Positions 19,261 through 29,769 of a DNA stretch of 64,000 nucleotides are shown here, piece by piece. Below the pieces are notes generated by a model, which saw nothing but the letters and a program-made list of their open reading frames with translations, had not been told where the DNA came from and searched no databases. This stretch comes from Thiotrichaceae bacterium (GTDB taxonomy: Bacteria > Pseudomonadota > Gammaproteobacteria > UBA5859), in contig JBGTSY010000009.1 in NCBI GenBank assembly GCA_041940025.1, forward strand, positions 9,110 to 73,109, in the 5' to 3' direction. The position numbers were made by a program, and so were the translations under genes. Position 1 is the stretch's first letter, and each line of letters begins with the position of its first letter.

Positions 19261-19449
19261 AGGATCCTGTCCTCATCTGTATTTCAAATAGAGTACGGGA
19301 ACAATCTAGCTTGTGTATTGGATGTATTCAAGGGTATGAATCGAAATACGTTCATCGGTATTTGTGAGTCAACAAAATGAAACGGTATCACATGCACCTA
19401 TTTTATCCTGCTCGACACTGGCAAAGAGACAAATCAGAGTGATATGACT

Positions 19450-20358
19450 CTAGGTTTGGCAAGAGGGCTCGTGAGGCTCGGCTCTGGCCACACATGCGTC
19501 TCGGCAAGCTTCGTCGGGAAATTCCAACTCGATTGTGGTGTGTCTGAGATTGAAACCTTGTAGCGCTTGGGCCACCTCTTTTTTCAATTGACACTGTTCG
19601 GCCACGCCTAGGGACTCGACTAATACGAGATGGGCAGTGAGAACATGACTTTCGCCATCTAAAGACCATAAATGCAGATGGTGGGTGTTTTGAATGCGTT
19701 CAAGGCCGTTTAGTTTTTCCAGGATCTCAGATCTCAATTTCGTATTAGGGGTAGATTGAGCAAAAATTTTCAGAGTTGTCCATAGGTTTTTAAAAACGTT
19801 GAAGAGGATAAAAAGTGTGAAGCCAACTGATAACAGGGGATCTAAGACTGGCCAATGGAAAAAATAGAGGATAACAGAAACGATCAACACCGCGACCCAA
19901 CCCAAGACATCTTCCAATAGGTGCCAATTCAGCACCTTCTCATTTAAAGATTGACCTTCGCTTAATCGATAGGCGGCGAATCCGTTGACGGCCACCCCCA
20001 ATATCGCCAGACCGATCATGCCTTCTACAATCGGCATGACAGGATTAAATAGTCTGGGGATCGCTTCCGACAAAATCCAAATGGAGCCCACAATCAGAAC
20101 AATACTATTAAACAGGGCGCCAAATAGAGACAACCGGCGATAGCCGTAGGTAAATGTGGGATCCGGACTCTTTTTACCTAGACTGTCCAGGATCCAGGCG
20201 CTGCCGATTGCCAGAGTATCTCCCAGATCATGGACCGCATCAGCCATGATCGCGGTACTATTCGTCAACCAGCCGCCAATAAATTCTATTATTGTGAAGC
20301 CCGCGTTGAGGAAAAATGCCCAGCCGATTCGATTTGTACTGTGGTGATGATGGCTCAT
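19450..20358 (-). CDS. czcD: Cation diffusion facilitator (CzcD-like)
   Basis: His-rich N-terminus, 'ADAVHDLGD', 'TYGYRRLS', 'WHLLED', 'HHLHLWSLDG', 'HTTIELE'. Confidence 0.92.
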   Translation of the reverse strand: MSHHHHSTNRIGWAFFLNAGFTIIEFIGGWLTNSTAIMADAVHDLGDTLAIGSAWILDSLGKKSPDPTFTYGYRRLSLFGALFNSIVLIVGSIWILSEAIPRLFNPVMPIVEGMIGLAILGVAVNGFAAYRLSEGQSLNEKVLNWHLLEDVLGWVAVLIVSVILYFFHWPVLDPLLSVGFTLFILFNVFKNLWTTLKIFAQSTPNTKLRSEILEKLNGLERIQNTHHLHLWSLDGESHVLTAHLVLVESLGVAEQCQLKKEVAQALQGFNLRHTTIELEFPDEACRDACVARAEPHEPSCQT

Positions 20359-20753
20359 GATCTATCAATCTACCCTAATAGAGCGCATATAGACTCGACA
20401 GCAACGAATCGGGGCGCTTATTAGAACAATGTCTCTAACATAAACTTGTTACATAGGTATTTTAACTGGATTAACATGATCTGTAAGTTCTGTAACGGCT
20501 GCATTGGCTGGATTCTCTCGCGAAAAAGTGGTTTTTCTTACTCATTTGATTGAATCTATGATTCCTGGGAAACATAGTTCTTAAAAAATCGCTTGGTTGT
20601 CGGGTACATATTGTCACTCGGTTGCAAGTAATAGCTGCAACGGAATGGCGCGGCGAGTCAGTCAACTTTGCGCTAAATCTTGTTCTTAGTGAATAGTGCA
20701 AAGAGTGATGTCAGTAACAGTTTGGCAATGAAAACAGTTCGCTGAAGGTCGAA

Positions 20754-23700
20754 TCATCGCTTTTTATCACCATGCGCCAAAGAGTATAGTACCGGCAACA
20801 CAAACAGCGTTAGCACGGTAGAGGAAAGAATACCGCCGATTACCACTGTCGCTAGGGGTTTTTGTACTTCGGCTCCAGTACCCGTATTGAGCGCCATAGG
20901 TACAAAACCGAGACTGGCCACCAATGCGGTCATTAATACCGGTCTTAAACGAATCGTGGCGCCTTCTATAATGGATGTCATGAGATCAGCGCCTTGATGA
21001 CGGAGATCACGAATAAAAGTCAACATGACCAAGCCATTGAGCACTGCAATCCCGGATAACGCGATAAATCCAATTCCTGCTGAGATAGACAAGGGCATTT
21101 CTCGTATCCAAAGAGAGAGGATACCGCCGGTTAAGGCTAAGGGTACCGCTGTAGAGATGATCAATGCGTCTTTTACTGAGCCAAAGGCCATCAGCAGCAA
21201 TCCAAATATAATGGCGAATGTGACAGGCACAACCATAGTGAGACGGCGGTTGGCTGATTCCAATTGTTTGAACGCGCCACCATAGTCGAGCCAGTAACCT
21301 GGAGGTAGAGATACTTGCTGTTGGATTTGCTGTTTAACCTCTTTCACGAAAGAGCCCAAATCCCGCTCACGTACGTTGGCGGTCACTACCACACGTCTTT
21401 TTCCGTTTTCGCGACTGATTTGATTCGGCGCACTGGTCAACTCTATATGAGCAACTTCACTGAGGGGCACATAATGTCCACCGGGAAGAGGAACGGGTAA
21501 ATGCTGCAACTCTTTTAGATTTGTGCGGATCTCCTCTGGCAGGCGGACAACAACTTCGAAACTTCGGTCTCCTTCATAGATGAATCCTGCGGGTGCGCCC
21601 CCAACAGCACTGCTAATGAGCATCTGTAAATCGTCGATGGTGAGTCCATACCGGGACAGAGAGGTGCGTTTCGGCGTGATGGTGAGCATCGGTAATCCTG
21701 TGATCTGTTCGATACCAGTGTCCGCTACGTCCGGCATCTCTTCAAGGATATGGAGGATCACTTCCGCTGATTTTAAAAGTTGATCTAGGTCGTCACCAAA
21801 TATTTTGATCCCGAGATCGGCTCGCACGCCTGAGATCAACTCATTGAAGCGCATCTGAATCGGTTGAGTAAATTCGTATTTGTTTCCCGGTAGCTGTGTC
21901 AGCACACTTTCCAAATCTCTTATTAAATCTGCTTTAGTTTGATTCGGATCGGGCCACTCAGCACGCGGTTTTAGCATCACGAAGTTATCCGACACACTGG
22001 GTGGCATGGGATCGGTAGCAATTTCAGGTGTGCCAATCTTGGCAAACACCTTGTCCACTTGAGGGAAAGTTTTAATACGCGTTTCTAAACTAGTTTGCAT
22101 TTGTACTGCCTGTTCCAAGCCCGTACCGGGAATACGTAATGCGTGCAGGGCAACATCGCCTTCGTCCAGTTGTGGCACAAATTCTGACCCCAGAGTAGAG
22201 GCGACCCAAGTGGACGCGATTGTCAGAGCCACGGCGGATGACACAATTAACCAACGAAAGTTCAGTGCTGTTAACAACAATGGCCGATAGAGTGACTTGG
22301 CACCGACAACTAAGACGCTCTCTTTTTCGCTGACTCTGCCTGTCATGAATACAGCTACGGCGGCAGGCACGACGGTTAACGATAAGAGCATGGCAGAGAG
22401 GAGCGCCAAGACAACCGTGGCGGCCATGGGGTGAAACATTTTGCCTTCTACACCTGTCAGCGAAAATATGGGAATATAGACTACGGTGATGATTGTCATT
22501 CCAAACAAGCTGGGTCGAATCACTTCATTGGTGGACTGAAACGCAACATTTAACCGCTCCTTTAGGGATAATTGACCTTCAGACTTTTGCGCTTCGGCTA
22601 AGCGACGAGTTGCGTTCTCCACTATGATGACGGCGCCATCTACAATTAATCCGAAGTCAAGTGCGCCCAAGCTCATGAGATTGGCGGAGATGCCTGCTTG
22701 CACCATGCCTGTGATGGTGGCCAACATCGCTAAAGGAATCACTGCTGCAGTGATTAAAGCCGCACGTATGTTTCCTAATAGTAGAAACAAGATAGCAATG
22801 ACTAGAATGGCACCTTCAACTAGGTTTTTCTGAACAGTGGCGATGGTCTTATCTACCAGTGTGGTTCGATCATAAACCGCTTCAACCACAATACCCGCCG
22901 GTAAAGTGGATTGGATCTCTTCTAATTTTGATGCCACTTGACTGGATACGGCGCGAGAGTTTTCACCGATGAGCATCATAGCGGTACCGACAACAGTCTC
23001 CACACCATCTCGCGTGGCAGCACCGGTGCGTAATTCTTTACCAATGGCCACTTCAGCGACATCTGAAATCTTCACCGGCGTTTTATCTAAATTTTTAATG
23101 ACAACCTGTGCGATATCCTCAGTACCCTGTAGTTGTCCTGGCGTACGAACTAGCCACTGCTGACCATTCGTTTCGATGTATCCGGCACCTCGATTTTGAT
23201 TGTTGCGTCGCAGTGCCTGGGCAATATCTTCTATGGTGACGCCAAAGGTAAGCATTTTTTGTGGAGATGGTGTGATATGATACTGCTTGTTATACCCACC
23301 TACAGAATTAACTTCTGTGACCCCTGGCACCTGTGCCAGTTGCGGTCGAATGATCCAATCCTGAATTTCCCGTAGATGTGTGACATTGTAGAGGCGACCT
23401 TGTGTATCCACTGCCCCTGGTTCTGCTTCAACGGTGTACATAAAGATTTCGCCCAAGCCGGTGGCAATCGGCCCCATTTCTGGCTCTAAGCCCATTGGCA
23501 ATGCGCTCTTTAAGGGTGTCAATCGTTGATTGATGAGGTTACGCGCAAAGTAAATATCTGTGTCATCTTCAAACACTGCGGTCACTTGTGACAGACCATA
23601 GCGGGACAATGAGCGGGTATAGCTGAGATTGGGCAATCCCGCCAGTGCAGCTTCCACATGAAAGGTGATTCTCTGTTCCGCCTCCAAAGGGGAGTAGCCT

Positions 23701-23861
23701 GGTGCTTCAGTGTTAATTTGCACTTGTACGTTGGTGATATCTGGTACTGCGTCAATGGGTAGGTGTTGAAAACTCCATGTCCCTGCAACCAGCAGAACGA
23801 TTATCAGCGACAGGATGACGCCACGCCGATCGATTGAGAGGCGAAGAATGGCTTCAATCAT
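20754..23861 (-). CDS. czcA: CusA/CzcA heavy-metal efflux RND permease
   Basis: 'IDAVPDITNVQVQINT', 'LGALDFGLIVDGAVIIVEN', 'RLRPVLMTALVASLGFVPMA'. Confidence 0.96.
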   Translation of the reverse strand: MIEAILRLSIDRRGVILSLIIVLLVAGTWSFQHLPIDAVPDITNVQVQINTEAPGYSPLEAEQRITFHVEAALAGLPNLSYTRSLSRYGLSQVTAVFEDDTDIYFARNLINQRLTPLKSALPMGLEPEMGPIATGLGEIFMYTVEAEPGAVDTQGRLYNVTHLREIQDWIIRPQLAQVPGVTEVNSVGGYNKQYHITPSPQKMLTFGVTIEDIAQALRRNNQNRGAGYIETNGQQWLVRTPGQLQGTEDIAQVVIKNLDKTPVKISDVAEVAIGKELRTGAATRDGVETVVGTAMMLIGENSRAVSSQVASKLEEIQSTLPAGIVVEAVYDRTTLVDKTIATVQKNLVEGAILVIAILFLLLGNIRAALITAAVIPLAMLATITGMVQAGISANLMSLGALDFGLIVDGAVIIVENATRRLAEAQKSEGQLSLKERLNVAFQSTNEVIRPSLFGMTIITVVYIPIFSLTGVEGKMFHPMAATVVLALLSAMLLSLTVVPAAVAVFMTGRVSEKESVLVVGAKSLYRPLLLTALNFRWLIVSSAVALTIASTWVASTLGSEFVPQLDEGDVALHALRIPGTGLEQAVQMQTSLETRIKTFPQVDKVFAKIGTPEIATDPMPPSVSDNFVMLKPRAEWPDPNQTKADLIRDLESVLTQLPGNKYEFTQPIQMRFNELISGVRADLGIKIFGDDLDQLLKSAEVILHILEEMPDVADTGIEQITGLPMLTITPKRTSLSRYGLTIDDLQMLISSAVGGAPAGFIYEGDRSFEVVVRLPEEIRTNLKELQHLPVPLPGGHYVPLSEVAHIELTSAPNQISRENGKRRVVVTANVRERDLGSFVKEVKQQIQQQVSLPPGYWLDYGGAFKQLESANRRLTMVVPVTFAIIFGLLLMAFGSVKDALIISTAVPLALTGGILSLWIREMPLSISAGIGFIALSGIAVLNGLVMLTFIRDLRHQGADLMTSIIEGATIRLRPVLMTALVASLGFVPMALNTGTGAEVQKPLATVVIGGILSSTVLTLFVLPVLYSLAHGDKKR

Positions 23862-23873
23862 GCTTCTATCTCC

Positions 23874-25121
23874 TTAGTGATCATGAGACGCGCCAGACTT
23901 TTCGATGTCTGCCTTTATCAGATAGCTATTTTCCACAACGTAGGTGTCTCCCTGGTTCAGTCCTGCCAATACCTCGGTGAACTGACTATCCTGACGACCA
24001 AGTGTCAATGGACGGATCTCATATTGATCCCCTACCTGAACAAAGACTACAGTCCATTCACGAAAGCTCTGTAATGCGCGATTGTCCACCACCAGAGGTG
24101 CTGTTTTTTCACTAATCACCACCTCCGCTTCCACCCAAATTCCGGGCGTCCAATCGACTTTGCCATTGTTTATGGGTACGCGGGCAAGCATAAACGGATG
24201 GTTTGCCTGATTCGGCAAAAAGTGTTTAATTTCTGAGGAAACGGCGCGATTCATAGCACTTAAGGTGACGACCTGTCCGATTGCAATTTGCCTCATTTGT
24301 TCGGGAAAAGCGCGTAACTCAGCCCATAGTTGGTCATAATTAGCGACAATGAATAGCTCTTGTTCGTGTGCTAGTTCTCCAGGATTAGCATGGCGCGCGG
24401 TGATAACGCCGCTTAGAGGGGATCGAATTTTATAACGCTTTAAACTTTCATTGGATTCAATCACCGCTAAAACTTGTCCCTTTTGAACGTTGTCACCTAT
24501 ATTGACCAAGACGTCGGTGACGGTGCCAGGGAAACGCGCACGAATATGACTGATCTGATTGGGATCCATAACGGTATTGCCATATAGCCTTTGAGTTTGT
24601 CTAATGGTGCCTGAAGCTGCAATGCTGGTTTTGATACCAGATTCGGCAGCAATATCAGGGCGAATGCTAATCCGACCTTCATGGGATCCGTAATTCCACT
24701 GATGGATGTTTCCTTGAATCTCAAGCGTCACTGCAACATCAAAAGAGTGCGGTTCCTCCACCACAGCGGATCCCAGCCAGTAATCGCCAGTGGCAGTAAA
24801 GTAAAATTTTTCCTGTTTGCCACCCAGACGGGTAAGCGTGACGATCAAACTAGCCGGATGCTCGGTGATAAGTTGGCCTTGATGGGTGATCCATGCACGA
24901 TATTCGGCTGGCGTGGCCTGTTCAAAGATCGCCAGCTCTACTTGGGCGTCACCATCTATGAGTAATCTACCGCCATGTGGACCTATCGCTTCATGCTCTC
25001 TGTGAGAACCGGCGTCATCGGCGTCATGATGTTTATCTTGTCCGGCGAATACTGGAGCAGAAGCGATTAGCATGCTAGCTAAAAAAGCCACCAGGTTTAG
25101 CTTTAACTTTGCACAATTCAT
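23874..25121 (-). CDS. czcB: Efflux RND periplasmic adaptor (CzcB-like)
   Basis: His-rich N-terminus with 'GPHGGRLL'. Lipoyl-like 'GDNVQKGQVLAVIES'. Ends 'DIEKSGASHDH'. Confidence 0.92.
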   Translation of the reverse strand: MNCAKLKLNLVAFLASMLIASAPVFAGQDKHHDADDAGSHREHEAIGPHGGRLLIDGDAQVELAIFEQATPAEYRAWITHQGQLITEHPASLIVTLTRLGGKQEKFYFTATGDYWLGSAVVEEPHSFDVAVTLEIQGNIHQWNYGSHEGRISIRPDIAAESGIKTSIAASGTIRQTQRLYGNTVMDPNQISHIRARFPGTVTDVLVNIGDNVQKGQVLAVIESNESLKRYKIRSPLSGVITARHANPGELAHEQELFIVANYDQLWAELRAFPEQMRQIAIGQVVTLSAMNRAVSSEIKHFLPNQANHPFMLARVPINNGKVDWTPGIWVEAEVVISEKTAPLVVDNRALQSFREWTVVFVQVGDQYEIRPLTLGRQDSQFTEVLAGLNQGDTYVVENSYLIKADIEKSGASHDH

Positions 25122-26452
25122 GGCGTTTTTCCTGTTCTGTTCTGGTTTGATTGATAGCGGGCGGCATCAAAATTGTGTGCCGTGAGTTGTTTGATCAGTG
25201 CCTCCTGATATAAGGCTTTAGCCGCTACCTGGATCAGATTCTGGCGCGCTTCCAGCAGCTCGCGTTGTATCGTTACTAATTCTTGATAGGCATATCGTCC
25301 CCGTTGATAACCTTGCTGTGTCTCGGTTAAGGCGGCAGTTAAGGCGGGGAGGATCTCCTCCTTTAAAGAGGCGACTGTTACAATTGCCAGCTGTCGTTCA
25401 TTTATCGCCTGAAACAGTTGGGTTCGGTAATTAAGAATTGCCATACGTTTTTGAGTCAGATTGTGTTCCTGTTCAGCTCTCGCGGTTTTTATTTGTCCGC
25501 GCGCACGAGAAGACATGTAAAGAGGAACAGACAGTCCTGCAATCAGTGCCATATCATTAGATGCTTCAATCTGTTTGATGCCCAATTCCCAATCAAGATC
25601 CGCTGCGCCATCGGATTGGGCTAAATGTAACTCTGCGTTTTTTTTTGATGCGTGAGCAGAGAAGATCTGTATGAATGGGCTTTCATTCAATCTGGCAAAT
25701 AATTCCGCACTGGGTACCTTCTCACCAAACGCCAACAGCTTGTCTTCTACAGAGGCAAAATTTGCATTGGCTTCGCCCCACAATGCCGCCAAGGCAGTTT
25801 TCTGAGATTCAAATTGACTATTTGCAGTGAGTACCTTTAAACGAGCCTGACTGGCTGCCGCCTGCGCGCGTTTGACTTCCGCTTCAGCGGCGCCACCTGC
25901 GTCTGCGCGTCGTTTGGCGAGGCGATAGATGTTTTCTGCTAGGTGTGAATCTTCTCTAGCCAATTTCAATTTAGCTTGCGTGGCCATGAGATCGATGTAG
26001 CGATGGGTGATGTCTCGGAGTAGTTCCAATGCGACTATCTGTTGTTCAAATTCAAGTAGATCGCGCTCGCTAGCAACCAGCTCTAAACGTACATCTTGTT
26101 TGTTTCCAAGCTCTATTACCGATGACAACGCAATGGAGCTTTCTGCTTGCTTTAAATCACCAAACTCACCGCTTCCAGCCACCTTTTCCAATGCTAGTTC
26201 CAAATCGTAGCCAGGCCTTAAATCGGCTTGTCGCCGCGCCCCTTCTAATGCTAGATGGCGCAGTTGAAACGAGTTTATCTGCGGATGATGCTGAAATGTG
26301 CGCGCAATGGCTTCTGTCAAAGTTAAGATATTTTCATTGGCCGACGTCACTGATGCCATAGGCAGCAGTATTAGCATGAGCCAATGTCTATTTCTCCATA
26401 TCCTCCAGCACCGCCATGCGGGCAGTGACTGTCTTGTCAATTGCAGTAACAT
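25118..26452 (-). CDS. czcC: TolC-family outer membrane channel (CzcC-like)
   Basis: OEP helical repeats, first gene of the C-B-A order. Start codon uncertain (may be near 26379). Confidence 0.88.
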   Translation of the reverse strand: MLLQLTRQSLPAWRCWRIWRNRHWLMLILLPMASVTSANENILTLTEAIARTFQHHPQINSFQLRHLALEGARRQADLRPGYDLELALEKVAGSGEFGDLKQAESSIALSSVIELGNKQDVRLELVASERDLLEFEQQIVALELLRDITHRYIDLMATQAKLKLAREDSHLAENIYRLAKRRADAGGAAEAEVKRAQAAASQARLKVLTANSQFESQKTALAALWGEANANFASVEDKLLAFGEKVPSAELFARLNESPFIQIFSAHASKKNAELHLAQSDGAADLDWELGIKQIEASNDMALIAGLSVPLYMSSRARGQIKTARAEQEHNLTQKRMAILNYRTQLFQAINERQLAIVTVASLKEEILPALTAALTETQQGYQRGRYAYQELVTIQRELLEARQNLIQVAAKALYQEALIKQLTAHNFDAARYQSNQNRTGKTP

Positions 26453-26539
26453 AATAAGTTAACCCACCATAGAGTTTAGAATGCGGTATGGGATGCAAAA
26501 AAAATGCATACCGAACCGAGATATAATCGCAATGGTGAG

Positions 26540-26902
26540 TTAGACTATTGGCGGACGTAAAAGATGCGTCGAGAGTGCGCTAAAGAAATGGATTAATAGA
26601 TTAGATTGTTGTAAATGGTGGGCGACGAATAATGGTATAGAATATTCCACACCTATATAGTTTATTGGGGCACTATGACAATGACAGCAATGACAATCAT
26701 CTTGATCAGGATGGTTCCGATGATCACTGACGGTTGCTGTATTGTCTGTTAAATCAATCTGATTTTGAGAGAAATCTAGTGAATGTTCAAATGAAATATG
26801 TATTGTCCCGTCCTGATGAAAGCGATGAGAATCTGCCATCGCCCATACAGACTGCGACGTTAACAGTGCAATCAATAGCAAAGTAAGATGACGTCTAAAC
26901 AT
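26540..26902 (-). CDS. CzcI-like His/Cys-rich exported protein
   Basis: Signal peptide and 'HPDQDDCHCCHCH' motif, directly upstream of czcC. Confidence 0.7.
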   Translation of the reverse strand: MFRRHLTLLLIALLTSQSVWAMADSHRFHQDGTIHISFEHSLDFSQNQIDLTDNTATVSDHRNHPDQDDCHCCHCHSAPINYIGVEYSIPLFVAHHLQQSNLLIHFFSALSTHLLRPPIV

Positions 26903-27197
26903 TTTAAAATAGTATCATTTAAATACATTCGTATTGTAAACACCGAGTTTACTATGCGCCACTCTAACAGGCTAGCAAATTAATGCAAGACACTGCCGAG
27001 GCGTTATTAGACTCGATTCAAGTACCGGTACCGAATCACAAGAAATGTGGGAGGCACGACACGTCTGGTTGCCGCCCATTTGGTTACCGAAAGCAACCTT
27101 TGGATTTATAATCACTTATGCCAAATGAGTCGGAAAGTTAGAATTTGTTATGTGTTTTGCATTTGAGTCAACAATCGTATCTAGGGGGGCACTCTAA

Positions 27198-29612
27198 TTG
27201 CAGCCTAGTCTTTCCAACGGGTCTCAGACGAAAGCAGAGCACTCGGATGTCCAGGCATTTTATAAAAACGGCCTGATATTTTTCTCTCTTTTTTACACGC
27301 TGTTTGTCATTTACGGCAGTCTGGTTCCCTTAGAGTTTGTGTACAAGGAGATGCACGAGGTTGTGGCAACCTTTTTGTCGATCCGGTATTACTCCCTGGG
27401 TTTGGCCTCCAGGGCTGACTGGGTAGCCAATATTTTGCTCTTTGTCCCATTGTCTTATGCCTATCTGGAACTGCTTTCGGCGCGGGTGCGCGACAACTTG
27501 ATGGGTACCCTCGCTCTATCAGTATTAATTTTGGCAAGCTGTGCAATCCTTTCGCTGTCGATCGAATTTGTGCAAATCTATTTTCCCCAACGCACGGTTT
27601 CTTTGAATGACGTCATTGGAGAAACGGTGGGCGCCGCCATTGGACTGGCTCTTTGGTGGCTGTTTTCCAGCAAGTGGCGGGTATGGTTTTTGAGTTTAAG
27701 CGCCAATGTGAGTGTGGCCTCTCGTATTAGGCAATTGCTCTATGGCTACATATTGGTGCTGTTATTTTATAATCTGGTCCCCTTCGATTTGACCTTAAGT
27801 CCATACGTTTTGCACGATAAATGGCAAGCGGGGCATATTCGATTCGTTCCACTATCTATATTTCAAGGGAATACCGCAGAGGCTCTATATGGGCTGTTCA
27901 CCGATGTAATCATTTGGCTGCCAGTTGGCGCGTTGTTGGTGTTAGATTGGCCAATCAGGCGATTGACTGTGGGACAAACGCTCTTGCTGATGGCGGGTGT
28001 GATTGAACTCATGCAACTGTTTGTCTACTCAAGAGTCACTGATCTGACAGATGTGCTCACGGCCTATTTGGGAGGTTGGTTAGGCGTCTTGTTGATGCGT
28101 CGATACCTTCCTAAAATCAACGGTAAGGGTATCAGTAACAAAGCGATAAGTCGGGATCCCAGCTCTAGGCTGCGCTACAGTCTCTTGTTGTATCTTATCG
28201 CGCCCGTGATTTTATCTGTTTTGTATTGGTATCCTTTCAATTTTCAATTGAGTCATGAGATGTTTCATGAACGCATAGGAAAATTATTTTCAATCCCATT
28301 TGTCACCTATTATTTTAGTTCTGAATATCGCGCGATGACTGAACTCACCAGGCGGGTGTTGTTTTTCTTTCCATTAGGCATCATCGCCGCAGTGAGGATG
28401 CCTAATGGACTTGAACTGACTCGTGCTCGGTTGTTCCTTTTTGGGCTCTATTTTTTTATTTTGGCATCGGTGATTGAATTGGGACAGGTGATGTTGCCAG
28501 AGAAGTTTCCCAACTCAACTGATATTGCTTTAGCCGTACTAGGCGGTCTATTCGGATTAATCGGCACTAGATGGTTTTTGAGGTTAGCCAACAGCCACCA
28601 AGACGTGGATGCACCGGTTGATGAGCAAATAGTTCATCCGCAACCGGTTCGTACCCACTCTAAAGCAAAGAGGGCTATCAATCTACCGATTTACTTATTG
28701 ACGCTGCTAGCGGCAGCACTGGTAATTTGGTTGGTCGGTACATGGCATGCAATGCCATACAATTTGCGGGAGCTTTTTGATACCAGATTTCCCTTGATCA
28801 CTGCGCTATTACTGTCCCTCTTTGTGGCCTGGATGTTTTCATTTCCCCTGATGCTGATGGACTGGATCCAACGTCATCCTGCACAGGGTTGGATAATGCT
28901 ATGCTACCCGGTTATTCATGGCGGCGTCGCTTGGGTGTTACTGTTTATGGCTGTTCCCATCGAAAGCATTGACGACTTGGTTGGCTATCCAGTATTAGAG
29001 CTGAATGCATCGATTGAACGAATGGTCCGCTTTATTGCGCTTTTTTCATGGTTGTCCATGTCATTGTGGGCAAGCATTGCCTGTTTCATAAGATTGAGTG
29101 CACGGCCATTAATATGGAGTGGGACGCTCATCACAGTACCGATCTGGTTGTTCCTCTCTTACAAAGTGGTGGTGGATTGGGCGGCAACCGACAACATCAC
29201 TGAATTGATGGCCAATAACGCGTCTGTTATCGCCATGCTCTGGTTGTGTCTCGCTTTGTGGTTGATATGGATGCCGGCATCTTACCTGGTTCACCGATTG
29301 GATGTGCGTGTTTTAAGTCGTGCAATTTTATTTGTGATTTTACTGCCTGTCTGCCTGGTGGCGTCTTTTTACTGCCTGAGATTTGGCACAGAAGAGTGGA
29401 TTGTGAAATATGATCAGGTCTTTTCTGCACTTCAGTTCTTACTGAGTAAAGATCGTGATAGCTATGTTGCCGGTGTTGACCTCTTTTTTCGCTTCCTCAT
29501 ACTGGCCTTGTCCTTAGGTTTGCTGATGATTATTTATCAATTGCCACTGGCAAAATTGGCGGAAGTTCAATCCAGAGATAAGAATCATAACAAAGTCGCC
29601 ATTAACACCTGA
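27198..29612 (+). CDS. Large multi-VanZ-domain membrane protein
   Basis: Three VanZ-like repeats: 'ANILLFVPL..IEFVQIYFPQRTVSLND', 'IELMQLFVYSRVTDLTD', 'IELGQVMLPEKFPNSTD'. Additional C-terminal TM region. Confidence 0.8.
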   Translation: MQPSLSNGSQTKAEHSDVQAFYKNGLIFFSLFYTLFVIYGSLVPLEFVYKEMHEVVATFLSIRYYSLGLASRADWVANILLFVPLSYAYLELLSARVRDNLMGTLALSVLILASCAILSLSIEFVQIYFPQRTVSLNDVIGETVGAAIGLALWWLFSSKWRVWFLSLSANVSVASRIRQLLYGYILVLLFYNLVPFDLTLSPYVLHDKWQAGHIRFVPLSIFQGNTAEALYGLFTDVIIWLPVGALLVLDWPIRRLTVGQTLLLMAGVIELMQLFVYSRVTDLTDVLTAYLGGWLGVLLMRRYLPKINGKGISNKAISRDPSSRLRYSLLLYLIAPVILSVLYWYPFNFQLSHEMFHERIGKLFSIPFVTYYFSSEYRAMTELTRRVLFFFPLGIIAAVRMPNGLELTRARLFLFGLYFFILASVIELGQVMLPEKFPNSTDIALAVLGGLFGLIGTRWFLRLANSHQDVDAPVDEQIVHPQPVRTHSKAKRAINLPIYLLTLLAAALVIWLVGTWHAMPYNLRELFDTRFPLITALLLSLFVAWMFSFPLMLMDWIQRHPAQGWIMLCYPVIHGGVAWVLLFMAVPIESIDDLVGYPVLELNASIERMVRFIALFSWLSMSLWASIACFIRLSARPLIWSGTLITVPIWLFLSYKVVVDWAATDNITELMANNASVIAMLWLCLALWLIWMPASYLVHRLDVRVLSRAILFVILLPVCLVASFYCLRFGTEEWIVKYDQVFSALQFLLSKDRDSYVAGVDLFFRFLILALSLGLLMIIYQLPLAKLAEVQSRDKNHNKVAINT

Positions 29613-29769
29613 AATGAGAGCTACACATTCAGTGAAGGTTAGAATATCCAGAACGCTAATCGCACCCTGGGTTTGGTCAACAAAGTCTGGAACTTCCGGT
29701 ATGCGCTACTTAACCATTATTCGTAGTAGACAAAGCAAAAGACAAAAATAGTGGGGGGAGGCATGATCA

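Noticed and set aside
26936-26952. GTAAAC-N5-GTTTAC palindrome upstream of czcI
   Set aside because: The 6-bp arms are short enough to arise by chance, and no cognate regulator is adjacent.
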